Below, one piece after another: positions 9,024-19,065 of a stretch of DNA of 64,000 nt (positions are counted from its first letter, which is position 1; every line of letters begins with the position of its first letter). The notes beneath the pieces are model-generated. The model saw nothing but the letters and a program-made list of their open reading frames with translations. It was not told the DNA's origin and ran no database searches. Made by a program: the position numbers and the translations under genes. Source of the stretch: Patescibacteria group bacterium (GTDB lineage Bacteria; Patescibacteriota; Patescibacteriia; Patescibacteriales; JAQTRU01); contig JAQTRU010000001.1 in assembly GCA_028711655.1 (NCBI GenBank), positions 6,648 to 70,647 on the forward strand, read 5' to 3'.

Positions 9024-10070
9024 CTAAATTTGTAAACTTACGGGATTATTTTCATCTCTATTCCGTTTTAAGTGCTTATAGCCGATGTCAGTAACGATCC
9101 GACCGCGCGGAGAACGGTCAATAAAACCCAACTGCATTAGATACGGCTCATAAATTTCTTCAATAGTCGCCATCTCCTCGCCGGTGGCCGCGGCAATAGC
9201 GTTTAGGCCTGCCGGCCCGCCGTTAAATTTATCAACTATCGTTTCTATAATTTTCCGGTCAATCCAGTCCAGGCCCAAATCATCAACGTCCAATATTTTA
9301 AAAGCTTCTTCGCAGATTCCATTCTCAACATCCCCGTTTCCTTTGACCTGGCAATAATCGCGGACTCTCTTTAATAACCGGTTGGCAATGCGGGGAGTGC
9401 GGCGAGAACGCCCGGCAATAACCTCCACCGCTTCCGGCTCTACTTTTACCCCCAGGATGTTGGCGCTCCGGCTGATAATTCTATTAATATCTTCCAGGCC
9501 GTAAAAATCAAGACGATAAGTAAGCCCGAAACGGTCGCGCAAAGGCGCGGATAATAAACTTACTTTAGTGGTGGCGCCGATTATGGTAAAACGCGGCAAG
9601 TCAATTCGCAAAGTCCTGGCGGACGGCCCTTTACCGATAATAATATCCAGAGCGTAGTCCTCCATGGCCGGATAAAGAATTTCTTCAATGGTTTTATTTA
9701 AACGGTGAATCTCGTCAATAAATAAAATGTCGCCTTCGCCCAAATTAGTTAAAATGGCAGCCAAATCGCCGCTTTTTTCAATGGCCGGCCCGGAAGTAAT
9801 TCTGATGTTGGCGCCCAACTCATTGGAAATCACATGCGCCAACGTTGTTTTTCCCAATCCGGCCGGGCCATGCAGGAGCACATGCTCAATCGGCTCTCCC
9901 CGGCCTTGCGCCGCGGCCATGGTAATTTTCAAGCTTTCCTTTATTTTATCCTGCCCCACATATTCGCCCAATCTTTTCGGCCGCAAAGTCAAATCCAGGG
10001 CATTATCATTGCCCAGTTCTTCTGGATTTATTATTCTATCATTTAAATTTTTAGTTTGTTTATCTGCCAT
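9024..10070 (-). CDS. ruvB: Holliday junction branch migration ATPase RuvB
   Basis: Walker A LLHGPAGLGKTTLA, Walker B IDEIHRL, and the RuvB C-terminal winged helix. Confidence 0.9.
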   Translation of the reverse strand: MADKQTKNLNDRIINPEELGNDNALDLTLRPKRLGEYVGQDKIKESLKITMAAAQGRGEPIEHVLLHGPAGLGKTTLAHVISNELGANIRITSGPAIEKSGDLAAILTNLGEGDILFIDEIHRLNKTIEEILYPAMEDYALDIIIGKGPSARTLRIDLPRFTIIGATTKVSLLSAPLRDRFGLTYRLDFYGLEDINRIISRSANILGVKVEPEAVEVIAGRSRRTPRIANRLLKRVRDYCQVKGNGDVENGICEEAFKILDVDDLGLDWIDRKIIETIVDKFNGGPAGLNAIAAATGEEMATIEEIYEPYLMQLGFIDRSPRGRIVTDIGYKHLKRNRDENNPVSLQI

Positions 10071-10073
10071 ATT

Positions 10074-10610
10074 TTATTTTTTAATCCTCGGAGATTTTTT
10101 TGCTTTTTTCACTATCTCCTTAATTAACTTTTCTTTCTTCGCTGTATAAATTTTTCTTGAGTTTTGATATTTTTTAGCTAATTTTTCTTTTAATTCGGAA
10201 TACTTTTCTGCTGCCCTCCTGTCTTCGCAAAGGTAATCTCTAAATAAAATCATATCTTCGATGTAACCACTGCCAACTTTCCCTATATGGAGATAGTGTG
10301 TCCGTTTCTTTTCCGGACCTTTTGTAAAAAATAATCTTTTTTTATTTGTATCGTCTTTCTTTATATTATACCCTATCTTTTTTAAGTTTTCCTCATAGCG
10401 CCCCACTTTGGTGATTGACGGAACAAGTAGAGCAATGTCAATTATTGGTTTGGCCACCATCCCCGGGACAGAAGTACTCCCAACATGTTGAATATCAAGC
10501 GCCTTTCTACTAAAAATCTTTTTTATCTTCTTTTTCTCGCGCTCAAAGCTTTGCGACCATTTTAAATTGTGAATAACTAATCTAACTGTTCCTCGTTTTA
10601 ACCCAATCAT
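10074..10610 (-). CDS. GrpB/UPF0157 family protein (nucleotidyltransferase-like)
   Basis: HVGSTSVPGMVAKPIIDI motif. Confidence 0.6.
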   Translation of the reverse strand: MIGLKRGTVRLVIHNLKWSQSFEREKKKIKKIFSRKALDIQHVGSTSVPGMVAKPIIDIALLVPSITKVGRYEENLKKIGYNIKKDDTNKKRLFFTKGPEKKRTHYLHIGKVGSGYIEDMILFRDYLCEDRRAAEKYSELKEKLAKKYQNSRKIYTAKKEKLIKEIVKKAKKSPRIKK

Positions 10611-10731
10611 AGATTTATTATTTTTTACATCTTGCCACGCCTTTTATACTTTAATCTTACCACTTTCTTTAAAATTCACAAATCTGCGTCATTCGCTATA
10701 TTCGCATAAATTCGCATCTATTAGCGTTATC

Positions 10732-11199
10732 TTAAAAATAAAACACTAAATACATAAACAGCAAAACCGCGTAGTTAAAAAGCATAAACCATTTATTTGA
10801 CCAGTTTATGCCGGAAAAATGGAAACGGGAAAATGGCCAAAGGATCGGGGTGGGGAAAAACTCCGAGGTATGGGTAAAAATATCTAAAAATATATGGAGC
10901 CCCCAGGCATAAAAAATAACCACGGCCAGATCTAAACCTAAAATTTTTAAAATTAAAAATATTGCCAGCCAAATTACTAAACTATGGGTAATGTCATAAA
11001 GTCTAAAAACATACTTCGGAATCCCTGATGGCATTGGCGCTTCAAAATGCAAGGTTCTCCTAAAAAAATTTCTAACGGTCATATAAGAAAAACTGATTAA
11101 ATCTGGGAACAACCCGAATAAAACCGCCACGCCCCTTTGCTCCATCGGCAGTTCTTTAAAAATTAAGTTTGTCCACAAAGCGTGGGAAAGTATATCCAT
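10732..11199 (-). CDS. Membrane-bound metal-dependent hydrolase (YdjM/DUF457-like); start at MDILSHALW
   Basis: MDILSHALWTNLIF ... HIFLDIFTHT. The first 38 codons of the ORF translate the attcgga repeat. Confidence 0.5.
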   Translation of the reverse strand: MDILSHALWTNLIFKELPMEQRGVAVLFGLFPDLISFSYMTVRNFFRRTLHFEAPMPSGIPKYVFRLYDITHSLVIWLAIFLILKILGLDLAVVIFYAWGLHIFLDIFTHTSEFFPTPILWPFSRFHFSGINWSNKWFMLFNYAVLLFMYLVFYF

Positions 11200-11214
11200 A
11201 AGATAATCCAAATC

Positions 11215-11290
11215 TACGAATTTATCCGAATGCCCCGAATGCTTTGATTTAGGAATTCGGAGCATTCGGATAAAATTCGGATTAATTCGG
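11215..11290. repeat. Palindromic array of the word attcgga/gaatgc
   Basis: ccgaatgctttgatttaggaattcggagcattcggataaaattcggattaattcggattacg; same word family as at 60530-60625. Confidence 0.7.
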
Positions 11291-11291
11291 A

Positions 11292-14200
11292 TTACGACTT
11301 CCTGAATTCGCAAATATCTTTAAAATCGCAAAACTGGCAAAGCGCGGAAGGCTTTGGCGGAAATTCGCCTTTTTTTATGGCGGCAATGGTGTTTATGATC
11401 TTTTCTTTTGTTTTGTCCAGCTCATCCTGGCTGCCCAGAAATTCAACTTCAGTATTGTTGTCCAAATAATAAAAGGCCAAAGAATCTACTTTTTGCCGAA
11501 AAAGCTCCTCGGCGGCCAACTGATAAATTAAAAGCTGATATTTTTCGTCAAGGCTTAATTTGTCTTTCGGGGTTCCGGTTTTATAGTCAATAATTTTTAT
11601 TTTGCCTGCCCCGTTGCTGCGGTGGCCGTTTATCTCATCAATCCTGTCCATTACCCCGCGCACGGTATAGAGCTCGTTGCCGACCCTGACCTTGGAATTA
11701 AATCCTTTTTCCAGAAAAATCACGTTCGGCCATGCATCTTGATGCTTTTCATAAAACTTCTTTAAAATTTCCTTGCCTTTCTTTTTATATTCCTCTTTCC
11801 GCGCCTTGGTCTCATACCAATCGTCAATCCAGCTCTGCTCGTATAATTTTAAAATTTCTTCCAAACTGATTTTAACATTTTTTTTGGCTGCTTGCGTTGA
11901 ACTTGCCGAAGCACCAAATAAATCCGTCTGCTCCCGCTTCTTTCTTTCCTCGATTAAACTGAATAATTTCTGCAAAGTAATGTGCAAGGTTTTGCCAAAA
12001 GAAAAAACATGTTTTCCCCGGACCGGAATTCTTAAAATATGGGCAAAACGGTATTGGTAAGGACAATTGGAAAACGCCGCCAATTGCGTATAAGAAAAAT
12101 AAGACGGCACCACCGACTTTACAACCTCTTTTGCCGGAACAGAAATTCTTGTCTTTAAAATATCGCCATCTTGTATTTTTGCCTGCCCCTCGAAGCCCTG
12201 GCGCAGTAGGGTGTTTTTGCCTGCCCCTCGAAGCCCTGGCGTAGCGGGGTATTTTTGTGTTTTTGTGTTTTCTTGAACAAACCCGCATTCCTCTAAAAAA
12301 CGAGAAGGTTTTTTGAGTCGAGCGCCGCCATAGTCAGCCGCCCAAGAAAAATATAAATCGTTTTTTGCCCGCGTCATGGCTACGTAAAACAATCTTCTTT
12401 CCTCTTCTAAATGGATATCGCCTTCCGGTAAAATTTCCTTGACTAAAGCGTCCGGAATGGCAATCTGCTCGCTTCTCTCAATCGTGGGAAAACGCTTATC
12501 AACTAAACCGGCAATAAAAACATACTTAAATTCCAATCCCTTGGCCCCGTGAACCGTCATTACTTTTATGGTTTCCGGACCGGCCTCCCAGTCAACCGGC
12601 ATCGCCCCTTCTTCCCCGGCGTCAATTTCCATCTGCAGTTGGGCCAAAAACGCTTTAACGCTTCTATCGTCACTGCCCTTTTCAAATTCCTCAACCCGCT
12701 TCATAAACTGGTTAAGACAGGAAGCCGCCTCCCGGCTTTTTTGCTCATCTTGGCTCATCAGATATTTCAAATAACCGCTGTCATTTAAAAAAACAAAAAT
12801 AATTTCACTGGCGTTTTTATCTCTGGCGAGGCCGGCATGCTTATCAATTAAAGATAAAACCGCGACCACTTTCTTCTGCAATTCCGGCCCCAGATTTAAA
12901 GCGGAGACATTGCGCAGAACTTCATAAAGCGACCAGGCTTTTTTATTGGCCCAATAATTAAAATTAACCAACTCGTTATAGGTAAACTTAAAAATCGGCA
13001 GGTTTAAAACGCGATAAGCCGCCGCGCTTTCATGGTAATCGTCCAATAATTTTAAATAAGCGATTATGTCCATTATTACCGGCTTGGCATAAAGGCCGCG
13101 GGAAGATAAAAATTGGTAGGGCAATTCGGCCGCGGCCAAAAATGAGCAAATTTCTTTCGCGCTTTCATTGGCTCTGACCAAAATCGCAAAATCGTCCCAA
13201 GTAGAATTTTTATCCTTAATTTTTAAATCCGCGATTTTCTCAATTACCATTCTTATCTCCTCATTCAAATCTTTGCCTTCTATAACTTCTATCACCCCCT
13301 CCCCCTTATTATCAGCTACCAGCTTTTTGCTTAATTCCGTTTTTGTGTTTCTGCTCGCCCCTCGAAGCTTTAGCGTAGTGGGGTGTTTTTGTGTTTTTGT
13401 GTTCAGTTGATACTCCAGCCGATTCGGGTCATTTTGCTTGATAAATTTATAAGACAAATTCAGAATATTCTGCTTATTGCGGTAATTATTGATTAAAAAA
13501 ATCTGCCCGGCCCGCGAATAATCTTTTTGAAACTGCAAAATATTAGATACCGAAGCCCCGCGAAATTTATAAATTGACTGGTCATCATCGCCAACGACCA
13601 CTAAGTTATTTTTCGGGGCGGCCAGCATTTTTATCAGCTCATACTGCGCCCAGTTAGTATCCTGAAATTCGTCCAGCAGTATATATTTAAATTTATCCCG
13701 ATATTTTTTTAAAATCGCCGGCCGGGCGCGGAATAATTTCAAGCAGTAGTTTATTAAATCTCCGAAATCCAAAGAGCTGCTGTCTAAAAGCAGTTGCTGG
13801 TAAACATGATAAGCGTTCGCCACTTCGTTTATCCTTGCCACTTCCTGACTTGCTATTTCTTTATTAAACTCACCTCTTTCTGTCATTGCGAGTCCCGAAG
13901 TCTCGGGACGAAGCAATCTCTGGTTAGACGCGCTTGACCGGAGATTGCCGCGTCGCTCGTTGCGCTTCGCTCCACTCGCTCCTCGCAATGACATATTAGG
14001 GGCTCCGCTCAACATATTGTCTAAATTTTCCTTCAACTCATTAGCGTATTCAAGATACTGGGCCGGATTTATATCCTCGTCTTTGGTCCGGGAAAAATGC
14101 TTTATCAAGGCGCGGATAAATTTCGTCGGATTGCCCATCGGCCGATAATAATCCAGATCAAGTTTATCCAAATTATTTTTTATTAGAGCATATTGTTCAA

Positions 14201-14567
14201 ACTCATTCAGCAATTTAAAATCATTAGGTAGCCCGATATCAAGGCCGTGTTCTTTCAAAATTCTTTCCCCAAAGCCGTGAAAAGTGGAAATCCATAAATC
14301 CAAATAGCCAATCGGCAACAACCGATCGACTCGTTCCTCCATTTCCCCGGCCGCTTTTTCCGTAAAAGTTAAAGCTAAAATTTCGTCTGATTTAGCCCAC
14401 CCCTGCTCTATCATATAGGCGATTCTTTGTGTAATAACCGTGGTTTTGCCAGTGCCAGCTCCGGCCACAATCAACAAAGGGCCGTCTTTATGTTGGACAG
14501 CCTGTAATTGTTCTTTATTCAAATTTTCCATCAAATTTTCCATATTATTATCATAGCTAATAATCAA
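11292..14567 (-). CDS. UvrD/PcrA-type helicase fused to a C-terminal Cas4/AddB-like PD-(D/E)xK nuclease with a Cys cluster
   Basis: N-terminus LLIVAGAGTGKTTVIT (Walker A), UvrD motifs, C-terminus ...CPYQYRF ... CQFCDFKDICEF. Four in-frame repeat insertions (see repeat features). Confidence 0.8.
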   Translation of the reverse strand: MIISYDNNMENLMENLNKEQLQAVQHKDGPLLIVAGAGTGKTTVITQRIAYMIEQGWAKSDEILALTFTEKAAGEMEERVDRLLPIGYLDLWISTFHGFGERILKEHGLDIGLPNDFKLLNEFEQYALIKNNLDKLDLDYYRPMGNPTKFIRALIKHFSRTKDEDINPAQYLEYANELKENLDNMLSGAPNMSLRGASGAKRNERRGNLRSSASNQRLLRPETSGLAMTERGEFNKEIASQEVARINEVANAYHVYQQLLLDSSSLDFGDLINYCLKLFRARPAILKKYRDKFKYILLDEFQDTNWAQYELIKMLAAPKNNLVVVGDDDQSIYKFRGASVSNILQFQKDYSRAGQIFLINNYRNKQNILNLSYKFIKQNDPNRLEYQLNTKTQKHPTTLKLRGASRNTKTELSKKLVADNKGEGVIEVIEGKDLNEEIRMVIEKIADLKIKDKNSTWDDFAILVRANESAKEICSFLAAAELPYQFLSSRGLYAKPVIMDIIAYLKLLDDYHESAAAYRVLNLPIFKFTYNELVNFNYWANKKAWSLYEVLRNVSALNLGPELQKKVVAVLSLIDKHAGLARDKNASEIIFVFLNDSGYLKYLMSQDEQKSREAASCLNQFMKRVEEFEKGSDDRSVKAFLAQLQMEIDAGEEGAMPVDWEAGPETIKVMTVHGAKGLEFKYVFIAGLVDKRFPTIERSEQIAIPDALVKEILPEGDIHLEEERRLFYVAMTRAKNDLYFSWAADYGGARLKKPSRFLEECGFVQENTKTQKYPATPGLRGAGKNTLLRQGFEGQAKIQDGDILKTRISVPAKEVVKSVVPSYFSYTQLAAFSNCPYQYRFAHILRIPVRGKHVFSFGKTLHITLQKLFSLIEERKKREQTDLFGASASSTQAAKKNVKISLEEILKLYEQSWIDDWYETKARKEEYKKKGKEILKKFYEKHQDAWPNVIFLEKGFNSKVRVGNELYTVRGVMDRIDEINGHRSNGAGKIKIIDYKTGTPKDKLSLDEKYQLLIYQLAAEELFRQKVDSLAFYYLDNNTEVEFLGSQDELDKTKEKIINTIAAIKKGEFPPKPSALCQFCDFKDICEFRKS
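12180..12268. repeat. Tandem duplicate of a ~44-bp GC-rich element inside the helicase CDS
   Basis: ttttgcctgcccctcgaagccctggcg(c/t)ag(t/c)gggt(g/a)ttttt x2. The two copies are read in different frames (KNTLLRQGFEGQAK vs KYPATPGLRGAGKNT). Confidence 0.75.
13340..13410. repeat. Third copy of the same element inside the helicase CDS
   Basis: ctcgcccctcgaagctttagcgtagtggggtgtttttgtgtttttgtgtt, encoding NTKTQKHPTTLKLRGASRNTKTE. Confidence 0.7.
13862..13992. repeat. GC-rich inverted-repeat insertion (gtcattgcgag...ctcgcaatgac) inside the helicase CDS
   Basis: The arms gtcattgcgag / ctcgcaatgac flank ~100 nt of GC-rich sequence with internal hairpin tcccgaagtctcggga. The 5' end resembles the element at 48194. 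Confidence 0.6.
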
Positions 14568-14599
14568 TAAATCGGCAAATCAAAAACCTGACTAATCAT

Positions 14600-14930
14600 C
14601 GCTTATTTTCTATTATAAAAATAATCCCTTGCCAAAGGGAAAAGCGCGCCAAGACTGACCGAAAAACATTTTTCGGAAAAAGTTTCCTCGGCGCAGGTGG
14701 AAAAACATCAAAAAGGAGTTTTCGCCATGAAACGCTCCTTTGCCACCAACAACTCGTCCTAAATGTGCCCGATGCCAGGCGACTTAGGTCTCGCGAGGTT
14801 CTCTCTACCTGAATCGCAACCCTTCGCCTAGGGTCAAAAATTGGTGGGGTAAAAACGAGAGAGGGACAAAAGAGTTGTTGGTTAAAAGAGGTAAACGGGA
14901 TGAATCCTTGTGGTTCATCCCTATTTTTTT
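14600..14930 (+). ncRNA. Candidate small transcript or structured RNA on the plus strand, with an 11-codon ORF (MKRSFATNNSS, 14727-14762) and intrinsic terminator 14897-14930
   Basis: GC-rich island between divergently oriented ackA and helicase. Several hairpins; AAAGGAG SD before the ATG; terminator gggatgaatccttgtggttcatccc+T7 on the plus strand. Confidence 0.3.
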
Positions 14931-14941
14931 ATAACAAAATA

Positions 14942-14967
14942 AAGGCGAGACTCGCTGATCTCGCCTT
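14942..14967 (-). terminator. ackA terminator
   Basis: aaggcgagactcgctgatctcgcctt, followed on the minus strand by T-rich sequence. Confidence 0.6.
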
Positions 14968-14981
14968 CTTTGTTTTAATTC

Positions 14982-16184
14982 TTATCCCTCCTGCCCGCTA
15001 ACCACCCTGACCGTCTCTCTGGCCACGATTATTTCCTCATTGGTTTCGAGGACAACGGCTTTGATGGACGAGCAAGGATCGCTTATAATCTGCTCATCTC
15101 TCATATTCGCTACATCGTCAAGGACAAAGCCGAGGAATCCGAGCGAACCAAGAACTTCAGCCCGAAGTGTCGGCTCTTTCTGCCCTATCCCGCCGGAAAA
15201 GCAAATTGCATCCACGCCGCCCATGAGAAGAATATAGGCGCCCATATAGAACTTGATGTCGTAGATGAGCTTAGCGCGGGCAAGTCGGCAGCGTTCGGCC
15301 AACGGGCCGCCTTTTTCTATCTCGTGGAGGATGTCCCGCATATCACCGGACGTTCCAGAAAGCCCTTTCAAGCCACCGTTGGTGGCAAGTTCGCGAAATA
15401 CTTCTTCCATTGAGAGGCCGGTTTTTCCCATAATAAATGGAATGGCAAAAGCGTCAATATCGCCAACTCGTGCCCCCTGGATAAGACCGGATTGCGGAGT
15501 CAGACCCATGGAAGTGTCAATGGAACGCCCGTCCTTATATGCGCAAACTGATGAAGAGCCGCCCAAATGGCAGGCAATGATTTTGTGAAATTTCTGATCA
15601 AGCCCGAGAATCTGAATGGTTTCGCCGGTCACGAACCGCAAGGAAGCGCCATGATAGCCGTATTTGAGAAGCCCGTACTTTTCGTACCATTCATAAGGAA
15701 CGCCATAAACACTGGCATACTCCGGCTTCCCGGTGTGAAACCCCGGCTCAAAAACTCCGACCCGCGGCGTATCCGGCAAAAGCTTGGCAAACATCCGAAT
15801 CGCTTGAAGGTACGGCGGATTGTGCGCCGGCGCCAAATCACTGTACTCTTCCATGGCGCAAAGAACATCATCGGTCAAAAACACTGACCCGTTCTTTTCT
15901 CCGGCCTGGACCGTCTTGAACCCAACAGCCTCAATCTCGGAAAGACCCGAGACTGCGCCTTCTAAGAAATCAAGGCAATTTTGGACAGCCTCACATTGAG
16001 TCGGAACATATTCCGATCTCTCAATTGCCGGCACTTTTCTATCGCCCCTGTAGAATTTTATCGTGGAGTCGCGATAACCAACCCGCTCAATGCCGCCCCG
16101 GGCAAGGACTTTTTCCCCGTTACCCATGTCAAGAAGCTGAAACTTGAACGACGTAGACCCGATGTTGCAGACTAAAACTTTCAT
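14982..16184 (-). CDS. ackA: Acetate kinase
   Basis: MKVLVCNIGSTSFKFQL with SD AAGGAG. Acetate/propionate kinase motifs. Higher GC than neighbouring genes. Confidence 0.85.
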   Translation of the reverse strand: MKVLVCNIGSTSFKFQLLDMGNGEKVLARGGIERVGYRDSTIKFYRGDRKVPAIERSEYVPTQCEAVQNCLDFLEGAVSGLSEIEAVGFKTVQAGEKNGSVFLTDDVLCAMEEYSDLAPAHNPPYLQAIRMFAKLLPDTPRVGVFEPGFHTGKPEYASVYGVPYEWYEKYGLLKYGYHGASLRFVTGETIQILGLDQKFHKIIACHLGGSSSVCAYKDGRSIDTSMGLTPQSGLIQGARVGDIDAFAIPFIMGKTGLSMEEVFRELATNGGLKGLSGTSGDMRDILHEIEKGGPLAERCRLARAKLIYDIKFYMGAYILLMGGVDAICFSGGIGQKEPTLRAEVLGSLGFLGFVLDDVANMRDEQIISDPCSSIKAVVLETNEEIIVARETVRVVSGQEG

Positions 16185-16314
16185 AGCTCTCTCCTTGTAA
16201 AATGTGATGTGAAATGTGCGAAAAAACAACTTTAAAAATAATATAACTAAATAGCGTTAATATCAATCAGTTAATGTCAATCTAATTCGTTCAATTTCGT
16301 CCCGTTCGTGTATG

Positions 16315-17577
16315 TTAAAACTTCAAAATCTTCTCAAACTTTTTTTTGTCTTTAAATGGTCCGATTATTGCTAAATTCAATTTATTATTTGTAAAAATTT
16401 CACCGGCCAATTTTTTCATGTCGCCTGCTTTCACCAAATCTATTTTTCTGAAAAAATCTTCAGGAGATAAAGTTTTTCCGCCTAAAATTAAATGCTCCAT
16501 ATACCAGCTGGCCATATCATCAGACGCTTCCAGTCTTATCACCGAACGGCCGCGAATCAAATCTTTGGTTCTTTTTAATTCTTGGCCGCCCACCAAAATC
16601 TTCGTTAGCTTTTTATATTCGGATAAAATTATTTTTATGGCCTCTTCAATTTTGTCAACCGGAACGCCGGCCTGCGTAGTCAGATAACCGCTATCGGTAT
16701 AAAATTCGGATTGAGTCCTTACATAATAAGCCAAACCCTTTTTCTCTCTTAATTCCGTAAATAAGCGAGAGCTCATGGAGCCGCCGAGAATCGTAGACAT
16801 TACTTTCAAAATAAATTCTTTTTTATGGCCGAACGGTAGCGCCCTCACTCCCAGGGAAATAGTCGCCTGGTTTGTTTTTTTGTAGTGGATTTTAATCTGC
16901 GGTTTTATCTGATTTTCTATTACTTTAACTTTATCCTGAAAGTCATTTTTTCTTAATCCGGAGAAATACCGGCTAACCGCTTTTTCCGAATTATTTTTTA
17001 TATTCCCAGCCAAACAAACAATCGCGCTCTCCGTGCCGTATTGGGAATTAAAATAATTGATAAAATCTTTTCGGGAAAAATTCAAAACATTTTCTTTGCG
17101 GCCGCTTACATACCAGCCGGCCGGCGCATCTCCGTAGAGGCATTCTTCAAAAACATCTTCAATATGAATCAAGGGGTTGTCGGTTCTCATATTTATTTCT
17201 TCCACAATTACGCCTTTCTCCCTCCCTATCTCTTTTGCGTCAAATTTGGAGTTAAGAAGCATGTCGCTTACAATATCAACCGCCAATTCTATTTTTGAAC
17301 TATCTACTTTCACGAAATAACCCGTATATTCTTTGGAAGTAAAGGCGTTAAATTCCGCGCCTATGCTGTCCAGTCCTCCCGCGATCGCCAAAGCTGTCGG
17401 CCTCTTCTTTGTGCCTTTAAAAAACATATGCTCCAAAAAATGAGAAATGCCGTTATTTTTTTTATTCTCATATTTCGAGCCGGTTTTAAGCATCACTAAA
17501 ATCGTTATGGTCTTTGTCCCGGTCATCGGCACGGTAATAAGTTTCAGCCCGTTTTTTAATTTTTTTTGTTTAAACAT
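16315..17577 (-). CDS. M16-family (insulinase/pitrilysin-like) zinc peptidase
   Basis: Inverted zinc motif HFLEH; start probably MFKQKKLKNGLKLITVP. Confidence 0.8.
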   Translation of the reverse strand: MFKQKKLKNGLKLITVPMTGTKTITILVMLKTGSKYENKKNNGISHFLEHMFFKGTKKRPTALAIAGGLDSIGAEFNAFTSKEYTGYFVKVDSSKIELAVDIVSDMLLNSKFDAKEIGREKGVIVEEINMRTDNPLIHIEDVFEECLYGDAPAGWYVSGRKENVLNFSRKDFINYFNSQYGTESAIVCLAGNIKNNSEKAVSRYFSGLRKNDFQDKVKVIENQIKPQIKIHYKKTNQATISLGVRALPFGHKKEFILKVMSTILGGSMSSRLFTELREKKGLAYYVRTQSEFYTDSGYLTTQAGVPVDKIEEAIKIILSEYKKLTKILVGGQELKRTKDLIRGRSVIRLEASDDMASWYMEHLILGGKTLSPEDFFRKIDLVKAGDMKKLAGEIFTNNKLNLAIIGPFKDKKKFEKILKF

Positions 17578-17584
17578 AATATTT

Positions 17585-17680
17585 CTTACCCACAAATCTA
17601 CAAACAATTTGACAAATGTACAAATATTATCCCTCCGTATTTGTAAATTTGTATTGGATTTGGAGATTTGTGGGAGCTAT
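17585..17680. repeat. Palindromic array of the acaaat / atttgt word directly upstream of the M16 peptidase start
   Basis: caaatctacaaacaatttgacaaatgtacaaatatta ... tttgtaaatttgtattggatttggagatttgtggg. Confidence 0.7.
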
Positions 17681-17691
17681 ACAACTAGCAT

Positions 17692-19065
17692 TTAGAAATC
17701 TTCTAAACCATCTCTCACCACCATACCAACAACAAACCAAGAAAACAAGACTCCAAAATGCAAACTCCAATACCAATGGTCAACCATCATTATTATAACT
17801 AAGCTAGCGAGAATAGACAAACCAAAATATTTTTTATTTTTTATTAAATTCCATCCCAAAAATCCTAAGAGTCCCAAAAATCCCAATAATCCTACCACCC
17901 CCACTTCCGCCCAAACCAATAAAAATACATTATGGACCGGCTGATAATTCCAGCTCTCCTGACCCGGTTTCATTTCCTTTAAAGCCAAGGTGTAATTTCC
18001 CATCCCGGCGCCAAATAACCAATTATTTTTTATTAACTCTTTAGCATCAACTAAAGACTCCTTTCTTTCCGTATTAGATTTAACTTCCAGTCTCGTATCT
18101 TTAGATAACCGCGTTAAAACTAAATTATTGTAAAAATTAAATAAAATAAAAACTAAAATCCCGGCCGCCAAAATTATTTTCAACAGTTCCCTCTGCTTTA
18201 AATAATCTTTCTTTATTAAAAATATAACCAGCATCAATAAAATTCCGACTATAACTCCGGCCCAAGCTCCGCGGGAAAAAGTGAAAAACAGCGCTAATAA
18301 AAATAATAAAATAATAAAATAATAAAATAACTTAAACCTTGTTTGAAAATTTAGAAATTTAAAATTGTTTGAAAATTGAAAATTGCCAGCCAGCGGCTGG
18401 TCCGCCTCTGGCGGAAAAATTGAAAATTTATTAACTAAAAAACAAATTACTATCAATACGCCCGCAACTAAAATCCCTCCCAAAACATTCGGATGATCCA
18501 ATCCCCCATAAGCCCGAAGCCACCTTTCGCCAATCCCATCAGCGCCAATTGTTTCCACAACCGAAACCCCGAGTTCAGCCGGATTATGCATCGCCATTCC
18601 CAACCACTTAGAGGCAAAACTTGATTGGGATAAAAATTGGTAAATCCCCAAACCGGCTTGAAAAAAAATTCCCGCCAACAAGCTCCACAACAATTTCATT
18701 CTGTTATAATTCGCGCTCGTCACGAGCCAAAACAATCCCACCCCCAATAAAAACCAACCGTATTTATACAAGGCCAGCCATTTGTCAGAAGCAGAAAATA
18801 TAGAAATAAAAATAAATAAATCCAAAACCGCTATCACCCACCAAATTTTTGAAAATTTAGAAATTGAAAATTGTTTGAAAATTGAAAATTGAAAATTGAA
18901 AATTACGAATAATAATAGGAGCGCCAGCAAAATTATATCTACCCCATACAAACTATACGTCGCATATTCCGTCTCTCCGGCCCTGATAATCCACCTCGTC
19001 TGCCAAGGCAGTAAGAAAATTAATAAATACAAACCATATTTAATTATTTTTTCCAGTATTGTCAT
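17692..19065 (-). CDS. O-antigen ligase/polymerase (Wzy_C-like) polytopic membrane protein
   Basis: More than 10 TM segments and a large periplasmic loop with WLRAYGGLDHPNVLGGILVAG. Carries two in-frame word-repeat insertions. Confidence 0.55.
   Translation of the reverse strand: MTILEKIIKYGLYLLIFLLPWQTRWIIRAGETEYATYSLYGVDIILLALLLLFVIFNFQFSIFKQFSISKFSKIWWVIAVLDLFIFISIFSASDKWLALYKYGWFLLGVGLFWLVTSANYNRMKLLWSLLAGIFFQAGLGIYQFLSQSSFASKWLGMAMHNPAELGVSVVETIGADGIGERWLRAYGGLDHPNVLGGILVAGVLIVICFLVNKFSIFPPEADQPLAGNFQFSNNFKFLNFQTRFKLFYYFIILLFLLALFFTFSRGAWAGVIVGILLMLVIFLIKKDYLKQRELLKIILAAGILVFILFNFYNNLVLTRLSKDTRLEVKSNTERKESLVDAKELIKNNWLFGAGMGNYTLALKEMKPGQESWNYQPVHNVFLLVWAEVGVVGLLGFLGLLGFLGWNLIKNKKYFGLSILASLVIIMMVDHWYWSLHFGVLFSWFVVGMVVRDGLEDF
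18290..18420. repeat. Intergenic-type cassette inside the CDS: aataaaat array, gaaaatt array and GATCCGCCTCTGGCGG hairpin
   Basis: aataataaaataataaaataataaaataa ... gtttgaaaatttagaaatttaaaattgtttgaaaattgaaaatt gccagccagcggctggtccgcctctggcgg. Confidence 0.7.
18838..18905. repeat. gaaaatt tandem array inside the CDS
   Basis: ttgaaaatttagaaattgaaaattgtttgaaaattgaaaattgaaaattgaaaattacg. Confidence 0.7.

Noticed and set aside
8642-11313. N-terminal extensions of ORFs 8642..8962, 10732..11313 and 61704..62054
   Set aside because: The extra N-terminal residues (e.g. MKISNFITFNFITFNFITFN) are simply the upstream tandem word repeats read in frame; the real starts are internal Met codons with hydrophobic N-termini.
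18838-18905. Possible CRISPR array (regular gaaaatt repeats, also 33465-33600 and 59455-59625)
   Set aside because: Units are 7-8 bp with no unique spacers and no cas genes; simple tandem word repeats, in one case inside an ORF.
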